A program made the translations under genes and the position numbers. A stretch of DNA of 64,000 nt from Rhizophagus irregularis (lineage: Eukaryota): the NCBI RefSeq assembly GCF_026210795.1, contig NC_089433.1, forward strand, positions 3,658,001 to 3,722,000. The letters run 5' to 3'. The notes beneath the pieces were generated by a model. That model did not search any database. It was given only the letters and a program-made list of their open reading frames with translations, and was not told where the DNA came from. Shown piece by piece: positions 52,826-64,000 of the stretch. Each line of letters starts with the position of its first letter. Position 1 is the stretch's first letter.

Positions 52826-53560
52826 ATGACCCAAATACTCCACCCAAATACTCTAGGCGGCCAGGTCCACCAAAACTTTTACGATATATGTGAGAGGTCT
52901 TTTTATTCCTCTTAAACTATTTTATAAACAAAAAACTTCTTTCTTACCGAAAGCAAACTTACACACAAAACTCCTTCCATATCTTCAAAGCGGAACAGCA
53001 TTAAGTGGTGAGTATAAATAACAATTTGCCGGATGGACGTACGAGTACGAGTTCACCGGAGAAGGGTTCGCTGAAAGTCTTCCGGATGGTGGACTGTTAT
53101 GATTGACATAGAGGTTTATGTGCTCGGAGTACGTACCATTTGCTACTGGCTATGTAGTCATCTGCTTTGTGCACAAGTCGTAGCTACAATGATGCCACAT
53201 AGGTGATCCCCAAGCCGATCCATATGGGAGGGCAGGCCGTGGTGCCCGTGGAAATGACACATATTTTTATGTCATCATGGTCACTTAGTTATTATTATTG
53301 AATACTATGTAAGATTTGCCATAGATCCTATGATGGCCACATAGGTGTCCTGGGGTTCCCTGCTTAGGCATAATTAACAGGGTGATAAATCTCATATGGT
53401 ATGAGGTGATAGTTACTAAAAATTTTGTAAATTCTATAGGGTATGCTGTACATGACCAAATCGTCTTGAAAATAGTTAACTGTCTCCCTTACTAGCTTTC
53501 TTATACATTATGGCACATTGTAGTATTCTGCCTTTCTAAAGCAAGCAGAGGCACTCGAAA
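52826..53560 (+). pseudogene. Decayed GC-richer gene of unknown family, probably transposon cargo
   Basis: MTQILHPNTLGGQVHQNFYDICE followed by protein-like frames (FAGWTYEYEFTGEGFAESLPDGGLL...) interrupted by TGA/TAG/TAA. Confidence 0.4.
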
Positions 53561-54199
53561 AGGATAATAATAATTTATTTAGTAATAATAAGTGAGTATT
53601 ATCAAAATTTATGAAAAAGATTGATTTAATTTTAATTCTTTAATTTTTAATTCTTGTTTCTTGTATTTCCAGATGGATATACTTTTTTTTTTATTTTTGA
53701 AACCTGATTTTCGCTCTTTTCTTAGTTTGCGTTGTTCAACTAGTAAAACTTAGATTCTGCTTTTATTATCAATTTTACAGTTTATACTATTGTGAAAAAG
53801 TTTGTTATTTTTTTATAATATATTTATCTTTTTGCATAAATATCATGATTAATAATGGACCAAATTTTTTAATAACAACTACTGACATTTAAACTAATGA
53901 CAACTACCGCAGTTGAACCACAATTGAATCGCGCATTCATACGCTCAAGAATTTTTGGACTTTGAAACATAATAGCTTTATTAGATAGCTATTGACGCGC
54001 TTTATTCAGAAAAACTTTAATCAGTAGAGACGAAGGTAAAGTAATTATTTTATAATGCTGACTGAAATTAACCGAAATTCTATTGTGGATTTGTTGTATT
54101 TGAACACCAACAGAAAGTTAAAAGTAGACATTGAAAATTTGGAAAAATTTGGAAATTAATAATATGCCAACCGGGATAATATAATGCTTTACCCATATT

Positions 54200-54843
54200 T
54201 TTTTACATGACTTATAAAAATTGACTTATCAAATTTATTTTTATTCTTAAAAGAAAATATAAAACTATAATAAGATTGACTCCAATTACCAGACGATTTC
54301 CATATTGAAGGATTATATCACTCAGAATTTCTCCAGTTCCTTTTACTTCAATAAAAGTAACGGTATTAAGCTTATCATCGCATAATTCATGAAATTTTTT
54401 AAGAGAAAATCCATCTTGGCTTTCTCTTAACGACAACTTAAAATTGTACGGCTAATTTTCTAAGATACGCAAATTTATTATTAATATCAACTTTATCAAT
54501 CCATATTTAAATTAATAATCTTTGAATCAATAATTCCGTTAATTTTAGATCTCTAGGAAGTGGAATGTTATTAGAATTTGGTTCACTATCAGTATCAGGA
54601 TCCATATAAGAATTTAATAAATCTTTGTAAATTTGGTGATTTAAAAGTTTTTTATATGACTAAAAAAATCTGATTAAAGGTATACAATTTTGTAAAGTAT
54701 CTTCCATCATTTTGAAATCATCACTGTCTAAGTATCAAGGATCTGAAATGAAGATTCTGATTTTGTGCGACACCCCATTTTAACATATGATCCAAACTTC
54801 ATTTGTAAATCATCTCCTTTAATAAGTGAAATTAATGATTTTT
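54200..54843 (-). pseudogene. BACK-TLDc fragment of a BTB-BACK-TLDc pseudogene
   Basis: The minus strand gives SLISLIK.DDLQM, VLKWG, DDFKMM, DGFSLKKFHELCD..NTVTFIEVKG with deletions. Truncated at 54843. Confidence 0.85.
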
Positions 54844-55501
54844 CGTATTATGTTTTTCAATGTATGTGTTAACCCGAGTATTTCTCTTTTTTGAATTTTC
54901 TATTTATATATATATATTTTTTCTGTAATACCTTTTTCTTTTACAGTCTTCAGCTTCAGTAAGTTTTTTTTGTAGAATCGGTAAGTTTTATTTTTTATTA
55001 TTAATTTTGGTTTTTTTGTATTAATTTTTTTTTATCTTTTTTTGTAGTTTTATAGATTATTTTCCTGCTAATATATCAGTTATATCTAAAACATGTACGT
55101 AATAAAAATAAATAATTATGTAATCGATGATTTTTTCCAAAGTTTCTATACCACTAATCAAGTGTCTGTCATGATGTATTCAAAAAAGTTTTTAACATTA
55201 TATTTATATTAATCTTTACTGACAAATTAAACTACCTGTATTCAGAAAGGTCTTTACAAATATATATATACCCTTTCAAAAAAATATTACGATTCATTAT
55301 CATACTGTATTGCGTAATCGATTAATATTCTAATTTTTTTTTATCACTTATGCAGGAAATCCAGGAAAGAATTTCAAATTTACACGAAAAAAAAATTCAT
55401 ATACTCAAAAAAGCGGTTAGACACATACAAACCAAAAAATTACGAAAACCAACGAAATTTGAAATCTTTTATAACGTAATAGGATCACAAACTAAAAAAA
55501 C

Positions 55502-58500
55502 CACCCCAGCCAAATGATCGACATAGTTTCTAAGCTAAGTGGGCGTGTAATTTCAAATACTAACCACATGTATTACAGAAATCAAAGAAAATTTCTTATT
55601 CTAATAAATAAAAAAAAAAATTAGTAATTTTATTTATATATTTTATTAAATATTTTACAATTGATTTCTTATATCAAAAATTTAATCATTATAAGGGCGA
55701 TTTTAACGCTAAATCGGCGGTGAAACACTACATCCTAGCTTATAAACTGCCCATGGGCCAGATTAGCCCACGAGATCTGATTGGTCCAAACAACTTACCA
55801 ACATTTAATTACAAATAAGGCAATTTTATAACTTTTGACCGGATATTTACTTATAAACTCATGGTTAAGGATTGCATTAATGTACATTTTGTACCACCTT
55901 GTAACTATAAAAAAGGCAAAAATTTTTTCAAGGTTACACATTAATTTGGCCAGAATTAAGATAATTTCGCCCAGAAAAATTTGGCCGGAATTATAAAACG
56001 GACATAAATGTCCGTTTGCAAATTTGGCCAGAATTATAAAAACGGACATAATTTGGCCGGAATTATAAAAACGGACATTAATGTCCGTTTTTGTAAATTT
56101 GGTCAGCATTATAAATGCAAATATTATAAATTGCATCAATTTATGTAATCATAGAAAAAATAAATTATAACTTGTTAGCTTTGTCTCATCAAGACATTAA
56201 ATTGTTAAATTGTGGTTTCTATCATCAATAGATCATGGAAAGTTATTGGCATTTGGAAATATTTAAGAATACAAAAAAATTCTTTTCAAACAATGTAAAT
56301 ATCTTATTATTTATTAATCCTAAAGGTATAAAACTCCTACCACTTAATACATCTCAATACAATCCAACAAGCTGTGTATTATTTTTTTACAATTACTTGA
56401 TGACAAGTTAATGCAATTTAACTTTTAGCAATTTGGTATATTTTAACCAAAAAAAATTTTTTTATTGTAAATTTAAGTTATTTAACATTTAAAAAATGAT
56501 TTTTTGTTTTTATTTTTTACTATTAAATACAAATTATTTCAAAAATGCAGAAAATTAAATCTTTTAATTATTATTTAAAAATTATGCTATTAAATAAAAC
56601 ATTATTTTTTTTTGTTTTTTATTTACTTTTTTATTAGATCTAAAAATTGTCAGAAATTTAAATCCTTCAATTATTAATACATTACATATTTATGGAAGTT
56701 AAATAAACATACTTATTTAGTAATGTAATTTAGCAATTAACATTGATTAATTTTGATTTTATTAATTTTTTTTTTTATTTGATGATTTTGATCCAAATTA
56801 TTTCGAAAATTGATAGAAATTTAAATGATTTGGCTCTTTTAATTATTAATACATTACATATTTATAGAAGTTAAATAAACATACTTATTTAATCTATTTA
56901 ATGTAATTTAGCAATTAACATTGATTTTATTTTAATATTATTTTATTTTTTTATTTGATCTAAATTATTTAAAATTTGATAGAAAATTAAAGGATTTGAT
57001 TCTTAATTATTAGTACATTATATATTTATGGAAGTTAGATAAACATACCTATTTACTAATAATGGAATTTAATATTTAAAATTATTTTATTAATATAAAA
57101 CTTAATTTTTGTTTGTTTTTATTTACAGTATTTTTAGTATTTTTTTATTTTTTTTATTTTTTTATTAGATACAAATTATTTTAAATATTGTTAGAAATTG
57201 GATCAACAAAATTTATTGAAAAAATTTGGATTTGCAAATATTGCAGTAAATGTTTACCAGTACATTTCGCAAATCCAAATTTTTTTTAATGAATGATTTT
57301 GTTGATCTAATTTCTAACAATATTTAAAATAATTTGTATCTAATAAAAAATAAATAAATAATAAATACTGTAAATAAAAACAAAACAAAAATTAAGTTTT
57401 ATATTAATAAAATAATTTAAATATTAAATTCCATTAAATAGGTATGTTTATTCAATTTCTATAGATATAATAATATACTAATAATTAAAAGAATCAAATC
57501 ATTTAACTTTCTAATAATATTTAAAATAAATTATATCTAATTAAAAAAAAGAATAAAACTAAAATAAAATCAATGGCCTATTAATAAAATAATTTTTCAA
57601 TTGCTAAATTGCATATGTAATGTACTAATAATTAAAGAATCTAATTTTTTGACAATTTTTAGCATCTAATAATAAAAAAAATATTTTAATTAATAAAATA
57701 ATTTTAATTACCAAATTACATTATTAAATACCAATATGTTTATGTAACTTTTACATATATTTAATTTACTACTAAATACTAGGTATATTTATATATGTAA
57801 CTTCCACATATATTTAATATACTAATAATTGAAAGATCCAATTTTTTGGCAATTTTAAAAATAAAAAAACCAAAAAGTCAATATTTTTTCAATAAAACAA
57901 TTTTTTAAATGCCAAATAGCATTAAATAAATAGTATATTTATGTAACATTATCTACAAAGATAGTATATAATGAATTGGATAATTAAATAATTATTTATA
58001 TATTCTTAATGTAATATATATATATTATATTAAAGTAAACTTCCATAAATAGCATGTGATGTATTATTTTATAACAATTAGAATAATAAATTAAATTATT
58101 AATAAATTATATCAATTATAAATTTTTGTAAATTTTCTTTACAAAATTTTCGTATAATATTTATAAAACACAATGTTCATATAACTTTTATATATTAAAT
58201 AAATAATAAACAATATCTAGTATTCTGATTTAAAAAAAAAACAAATGTCTATTATCTGATTAAATATTTACATTAAATTGCTAAAAGCTAAACTGCTTTA
58301 GCTTGAAATCAAGTAATTACAAATAGAAAGATAAAATATATATAGCTTATTGAATTGTTTTTTTGAGATATTTAAATGGTAGCAGTTTTATACCTTTAGG
58401 ATTAATAAATAAATAATAAAATCATATTAACATTTTCTTGAAATAATTTTTTATATATTTATAAATGATAATAACTTTTATTTATTGATAATAGAAATAT

Positions 58501-59034
58501 GAAATTACCACTATTTAGCATATTTTGATGAGACAAAGCAAACAAAATATAATTTATTTATTTATGATTACTGAATAATTAGTTAAAATATTTACATTCA
58601 TAATGCTGGCCAAATGTACAAAAACGGACATAAATGTCCGTTTTTATAATTCCGGCCAAATTTATGTCCGTTTTTATAATTCTGGCCAAATTTGCAAACG
58701 GACATTTATGTCCGTTTTATAATTCCGGCCAAATTTTGCTGGGCGAAATTATCTTAATTCTGGCCAAATTAATGTGTAACCTTGAAAAAATTTTTGCCTT
58801 TTTTATAGTTACAAGATGGTACAAAATGTACATTAATGCAATGCTTGACCATGAGTTTATAAGTAAATATCCGGTCAAAAGTTATAAAATTGCCTTATTT
58901 GTAATTATAATGTTGGTAAGTTGTTTGGACCAATCAGATCTCGTGGGCTAATCTGGCCCATGGGCAGTTTATAAGCTAGGATGTAGTGTACGCCCACTTA
59001 GCTTAGAAACTATGCCGATCATTTGGCTGGGGTG
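55502..59034. mobile_element. 3.5-kb non-autonomous foldback (whole-length palindromic) DNA element with 8-bp TSD
   Basis: Ends CACCCCAGCCAAATGATCG.CATAGTTTCTAAGCTAAGTGGGCGT. TSD AAAAAAAC at 55494-55501 and 59035-59042. Arms mirror each other in to a centre near 57255. Confidence 0.9.
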
Positions 59035-59247
59035 AAAAAAACTTTACGTAGAATTAAGAAGTTAGAATTGCAGATCTAAATCTGCTTATTAACTTTATTT
59101 ATAATGTACCTTGCATTGTGAAACGAAATTTATACAAATTTATCTATATTATTGTACATAAATATTATTTAACAAATTTAAAAAAAAAGTTCTTTCTTTC
59201 ATTTTTCCTTTTTTTCTTTTTTTTAAAAAAAAAAAATACGTAAAATA

Positions 59248-60754
59248 ATGTCTATTGAACTATTTTCTAAATTATTAAGTCAAAATTATATTGAACTATT
59301 AGAAGATAATGAATATTATGATATTACAATTGAAGTTGGTGAAGATCCTAATGTAAAAATCTTTCGTGCTCATATGAATATTTTATGTTATCGTTCTCCG
59401 TACTTACGACGAACTTTGGCTTCTAATAAAAAGAATGATAATGGTGTTTTATCACATATTAAATTGCCGAATATATCACCGGAAATCTTTCAAATTATCT
59501 TGAGGTAAATTTTTTATTTATTATGCAATCAAATTTAATATAAAATACCTAATTTAAATTTTTTTTTTTTAATATAGGTATATATATGGTGGTATTCTTT
59601 CATTCAATGGACAAGAAACCTCAGATATTCTAGGTACATTGGTAGCTGCAGATGAGCTTCATCTTCAAGAACTAGTTAATCATTTACAAAATTATTTAAT
59701 TAAAAATAATTCTGAGTGGTTGGAACAACATTTTGAACTTGTTCATCGGACGAGCTTCCAATCCAAATCATTATCAGAACTTCAACAATTTTGCATAAAT
59801 CTAATGGCTGAATCTCCTGAAAAAATATTTAAATCGTTTGATTTTACTTCACTTTCTGAAAAATCTTTAGTTACACTTATTAAAAGAGATGATTTACAAA
59901 TGAAAGAAATTGAAGTATGGGAATATGTTTTAAAATGGGGACTTGCTCAAAACTCAACTCTTAATCAAAATCCAGATACTTGGTCAGATGATGATTTTAA
60001 AACAATGAAAAATACCCTACAACATTGTTTACCCTTAATTAGATTTTTCTGTTTATCATCAAAAGAAATAATGCAAAAAGTTCGACCTTATCAAAAACTC
60101 TTAAGTAAGCAACTATATGAAGACTTAATATGCTCTTATATGGATCCTGATATTGTATCAACTGATAGTATTTTACTTCCTAGAAAAATTAAAAATAATA
60201 AAATTATTGATTCAAAAATTGTGGATTTTGATATTTTTTTAACTATTTTAAGATGGATTGACAATAATGATAGCAAATTTGCTCATGTCAGAGAATATTA
60301 TTTACCGCGTGAGTTTAATTTACTATTACGAGGAAGTAAAGATGGATTTACTCCTAGAAAATTTCATGAATTATGTAATGGTAAATATAATACTATTACG
60401 TTCATTAAAATAAAAGGAACAGATGAAATTATTGGTGGATATAATCCTTTAAAATGGGAATCTTCTGCTGATACTTGGGGTATTACTAATGGTAGTTTTA
60501 TTTTCTCTTTTATAAACAAGAATATTAAAGATGCAATTATTAGTAATGTAATAAATTTAAATCATGCTATTTATTTTAACACTAATTGTGGTCCATATTT
60601 TGGCGATGATATTGTTTTTTATAATTCGAAAGATCAATTTACAGATTATGATAAAATCCGCTGTAAAAAGTGTTGTTATGAAAAAAAGATAAGAGACTCT
60701 GAAGATTATTTTTCTATAGAAGATTATGAAGTATTTCAAATCATAAAGCGATAA
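59248..60754 (+). CDS. BTB/POZ-BACK-TLDc protein; exons 59248-59504, 59578-60754 (477 aa)
   Basis: Same motifs and intron position as the paralogs; open spliced frame. Confidence 0.92.
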
Positions 60755-61499
60755 TTTTATGGCGACAAGAATAATTTCTATTAATCATAAGAAATCAAAA
60801 TCACAAACTAAATTAGAGAAAACGCATTAATATTTATTTTAGTTTTTTTTTCCTTTTTTTATAATTAAAATACTACTGGAATAATTCCGTATAGTTCCAT
60901 AACTAGTATAACATTTAATACTTGGATATTATTTCTTAAAATTTCAACATGAAGTTTTATTTATGTAGTAAAGTAATCTCTTTTTTTGATACAAATATAA
61001 ATAAATACAAGTAAATAATCGATCCTTTTGTATTCATTTATTTATAAAATAATTAACTAAATATCATGAGCAGAACTGCCGTGATCATATCAAATTTGCA
61101 ATTAGCAAGAATTGTTATAATAAACTGTTGAATTGTTTAATTAATCAATAAGAATAATGAAACTAAAATTCAGATAACCGATTCCAGTTGAATTATATTG
61201 CAAATTGCAACTATGGGTAGAAAAAGATTGAAATTGCGCAACCGTGAACTAACCCCTTGTGAGTTTCATTTTATTTTAATAAAATTATTTATAGTGGCGA
61301 AACCGAAATAATTGTTGGTTTGCATTTTGCAATAATGTAGGATAACGTAATATATGTCAACTTTAAAAGGCGTAGGGTGAGATCTAGCAGAGGAATGAGA
61401 GTTAGAATCACAGATCTAATTAAAAACGTTAATTTAATTAATCTATGATATTTTCTATATTATAAAAGTTCAAATATCATTATCATATTATGTTTTTTA

Positions 61500-61660
61500 C
61501 AATCAAGGCTCGTTATAACGAAGTTCGTTATAGTAAATTCAGCTTATAGTAATATTTTTCTATTTTCCCGGTTTACTTTTTTTATAATAATTTTATTCGT
61601 TATAGTAAACTTACTAATAAAATCTCGATATTGGATATAGTGAACTTTTTTAAAAAATTT
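61500..61660. mobile_element. Single end of a decayed pogo-like element
   Basis: TA|CAATCAAGGCTCGTTATAACGAAGTTCGTTATAGTAA resembles CAGT-type TIRs, with repeated CGTTATAG motifs. No partner end found. Confidence 0.45.
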
Positions 61661-62551
61661 ACTATAGAACATATACTATAAATTTATGCTAATTGCGAAC
61701 TACTTTTTTTGTATTTATCTAATTTAGTGAATATCAAGATGATATCAATAAAGTTTATTTGGAATTACAAAAAACTAAATTTACAAGGTCATATTATAGC
61801 TGAGGAATTTATTTATATTGACAATTAAATCCCAATAGTACCATTATCAAATAAAAAAATTATAGATATAATAATTAAAAAATTAGAAATTAATATTATC
61901 TAGTAAAAAATTTTAAAATCCGCTCATAATATTATAATTAATTAGAATTCTATAATTATGTGTATACCGAACGAAATGAAATATTTTATTCTCTTTTATG
62001 TTTTCTCAAAAAATGCTTTGTTTTTACTTTTTTGATAAAAAAAAAAAGTTCATTAATTATTGTAAATAACAGGATATTAAGAAAAAAGCTTCCTTCTTTC
62101 ATTGTAGAATATTCAATGCTTGAAGAATATGATGTTCCTTTAAATGTAAAATTTGATGTTATTAGCCATATTTCTTAAATATAATACAAAATATTGTGCT
62201 TGGTAGATGAAATCCTCACAAGATACATAATTTAGTAACTGAATAAAAAAAATATTCTTGAAAAATTTGGGTTGACCAGGATAAATTGAAAACACTAAAG
62301 AAAAGCTCTAAATTAATTTAAGTTTTTAAGAATTTTTCTCGTTTTTTAAATTATGATTGTCGAAAAATAACTTTAAATTTTTAAGGGAGAACAATAAATA
62401 TCATAATTCTAATAATATTAAATACTTTTCTTGGGGACAAAATCCCCTCGCTAAGAAAATCATCTGAAAAAACTTAATTTGCTAGTTTAACTTTATTTAT
62501 TTGATTTATTTGTAAGAAAATTCAAATATGATAATCACTAATTCATAGTAA

Positions 62552-64000
62552 TTAATAAATAAATTTTCCACCATTTAATGCATGATTCCAAGCATGATAC
62601 CAAAGATGTTGCTTTGGTTCAATTGGAATATCTCCTTTACTTTTTAATCCATTAATCCAATATTTAAGTGGTGTCTCTCCATTATTTTGTATAGTTGGTT
62701 GTAAACAATCAAGCACATATTTAAATAATAAATCACCAGTAAGAACAGGGATTTTAAGTACACTAGCAATATAATCAGCTGATTTGGCTTTAATACATAT
62801 TGGAGCCCAAAGATCTGCTACATTTGGACTGTCCATATGCCAACTTCCGTCGTTATTATCTACACTAGCTCCAAATACAAAAACATGCTTAGAAGTTAAT
62901 TCTGAAAGTTCTCTAACATCATAATAATAATAAGGGTGAAGATTCAATGGATCTTCATAATCATATTGTTCAAGTGGATCTCTAAAATAAATTTTTAAGT
63001 TAAATTTGAGATTTCTTATGATGAAAATAATTATTTTGACACATTAAAACACTTACATGTTTTTGGCATGACCATTTTTTTTTTCGTTACTTAAAATTAA
63101 ATAATGTTAATAAATAAACACATAAGTATAAATAAATACAGAAAAGTTGACATATACTTTATGATTTCCAGATCTTCACTAGGTAAGATTACAACAGAAG
63201 CTGTCCAAATAGCACTTACGGTACAATCATAATGGGTAGAAACATAGTTGTAATGATAGCTGTAATGGATATGTTACTATTTACTGGAGAAGTAATCTTG
63301 ATTCCAGTTCTATTAACACTAATGTTATAAATATTACGAAAGCACTCAAATGATGAAATTGGCTCAGTATAGGGACGAATAGATTCAAAAATAGCTTGAG
63401 TTTCCGGGTCATGTACTAATGCATCTGATTTTTTTTGTTTAATAGGAAATTTTTGAATTATGTCATAAGCTATTGGTAATAAATCTTTATCAAGATTTGA
63501 AAGTCTAGAATAATTATCAATTGCAAATTGGCGAAACCATCCTCTTGTCAATGTAGTGCAAATCCTAGCAAGTGCTAAACTGTAAGAAGTTTCTTGATTT
63601 TTGGAAATCATTGGAATAAGATATCTTTCAAGTGCAATTACCATTGCTTCTTCTTTAACGCAATTAAGCTTTGTTTTATAGTCAAGGTTCTCAAAAAGAG
63701 ATTTTTTTGTCCATGCTTTAGACTATTTTGCATTTTTTTTTTATGTTAGTATTTAGGTTTTATACAAATAATGACTTATAATAATTAAATTTTTATACCT
63801 GATCATCTTTTAAACTTTTATAAATTGGTTGATCACCATATTTAACGAGTTCATGTAAGTAATCATGGGGAACATGCTTTTGTACAAATAGAATGTCTTC
63901 GTGATCCAAGAATTCTTCATTGGTCATATTTAATTTGATGTGTGCGCCTGGTTTACCTCGTATGATTTCAGTTTCCTTGATACGAGTCTTTAACATAAGT
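62552..64000 (-). CDS. Multi-exon gene (5' end outside window) with a phage-like domain; exons >=64000-63799, 63722-63220, 63089-63057, 62981-62552
   Basis: GT-AG introns join the three track ORFs and a 33-nt mini-exon in frame. Motifs HDYLH, PIY..LK, EEAMVIALER and TTLT.GWFR.FAIDNY. Confidence 0.75.

Noticed and set aside
55960..56110. CRISPR-like repeat array
   Set aside because: Eukaryotic context, no unique spacers and no cas genes; these are transposon subterminal repeats.
55795..58951. Twin ORFs 55795-56139 (-) and 58634-58951 (+) with near-identical translations
   Set aside because: They are mirror images inside the foldback arms, built from short DNA repeats, with no protein-like features.
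22802..60754. Diversity-generating retroelement (RT next to genes with variable C-termini)
   Set aside because: The RT is a standard APE-LINE enzyme, and I saw no template/variable repeat pair or adenine-specific variation.

Overview
AT-rich, intron-containing eukaryotic DNA. The gene families (BTB-BACK-TLDc array, F-box/LRR-like gene, tandem-module TKL-type kinase) point to an arbuscular mycorrhizal fungus such as Rhizophagus (inference). Genes: one F-box-like gene plus a 5'-truncated paralog, a 5-exon kinase, five intact and four decayed BTB-BACK-TLDc copies, an Mpv17/PMP22 pseudogene fragment, and at the right edge an intron-containing gene whose protein resembles a phage family (HDxLH...EEAMVIALER...GWFR). 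The most striking structure is a three-level nest at 24929-38694. A ~1.1 kb non-coding poly(A) retroposon (12-bp TSD) appears to contain a full-length APE-RT-RNaseH LINE (15-bp direct repeat, (TAAA)n tail, same 5' motif as the outer element). The LINE in turn contains an intact 3.8 kb Academ-like DDE transposon with a C-terminal RING-like finger and a 9-bp TSD. Also present: a 3.5 kb palindromic foldback element (8-bp TSD), several MITEs and a decayed Tc1 element. All family assignments come from motif recognition by eye, not from database searches.
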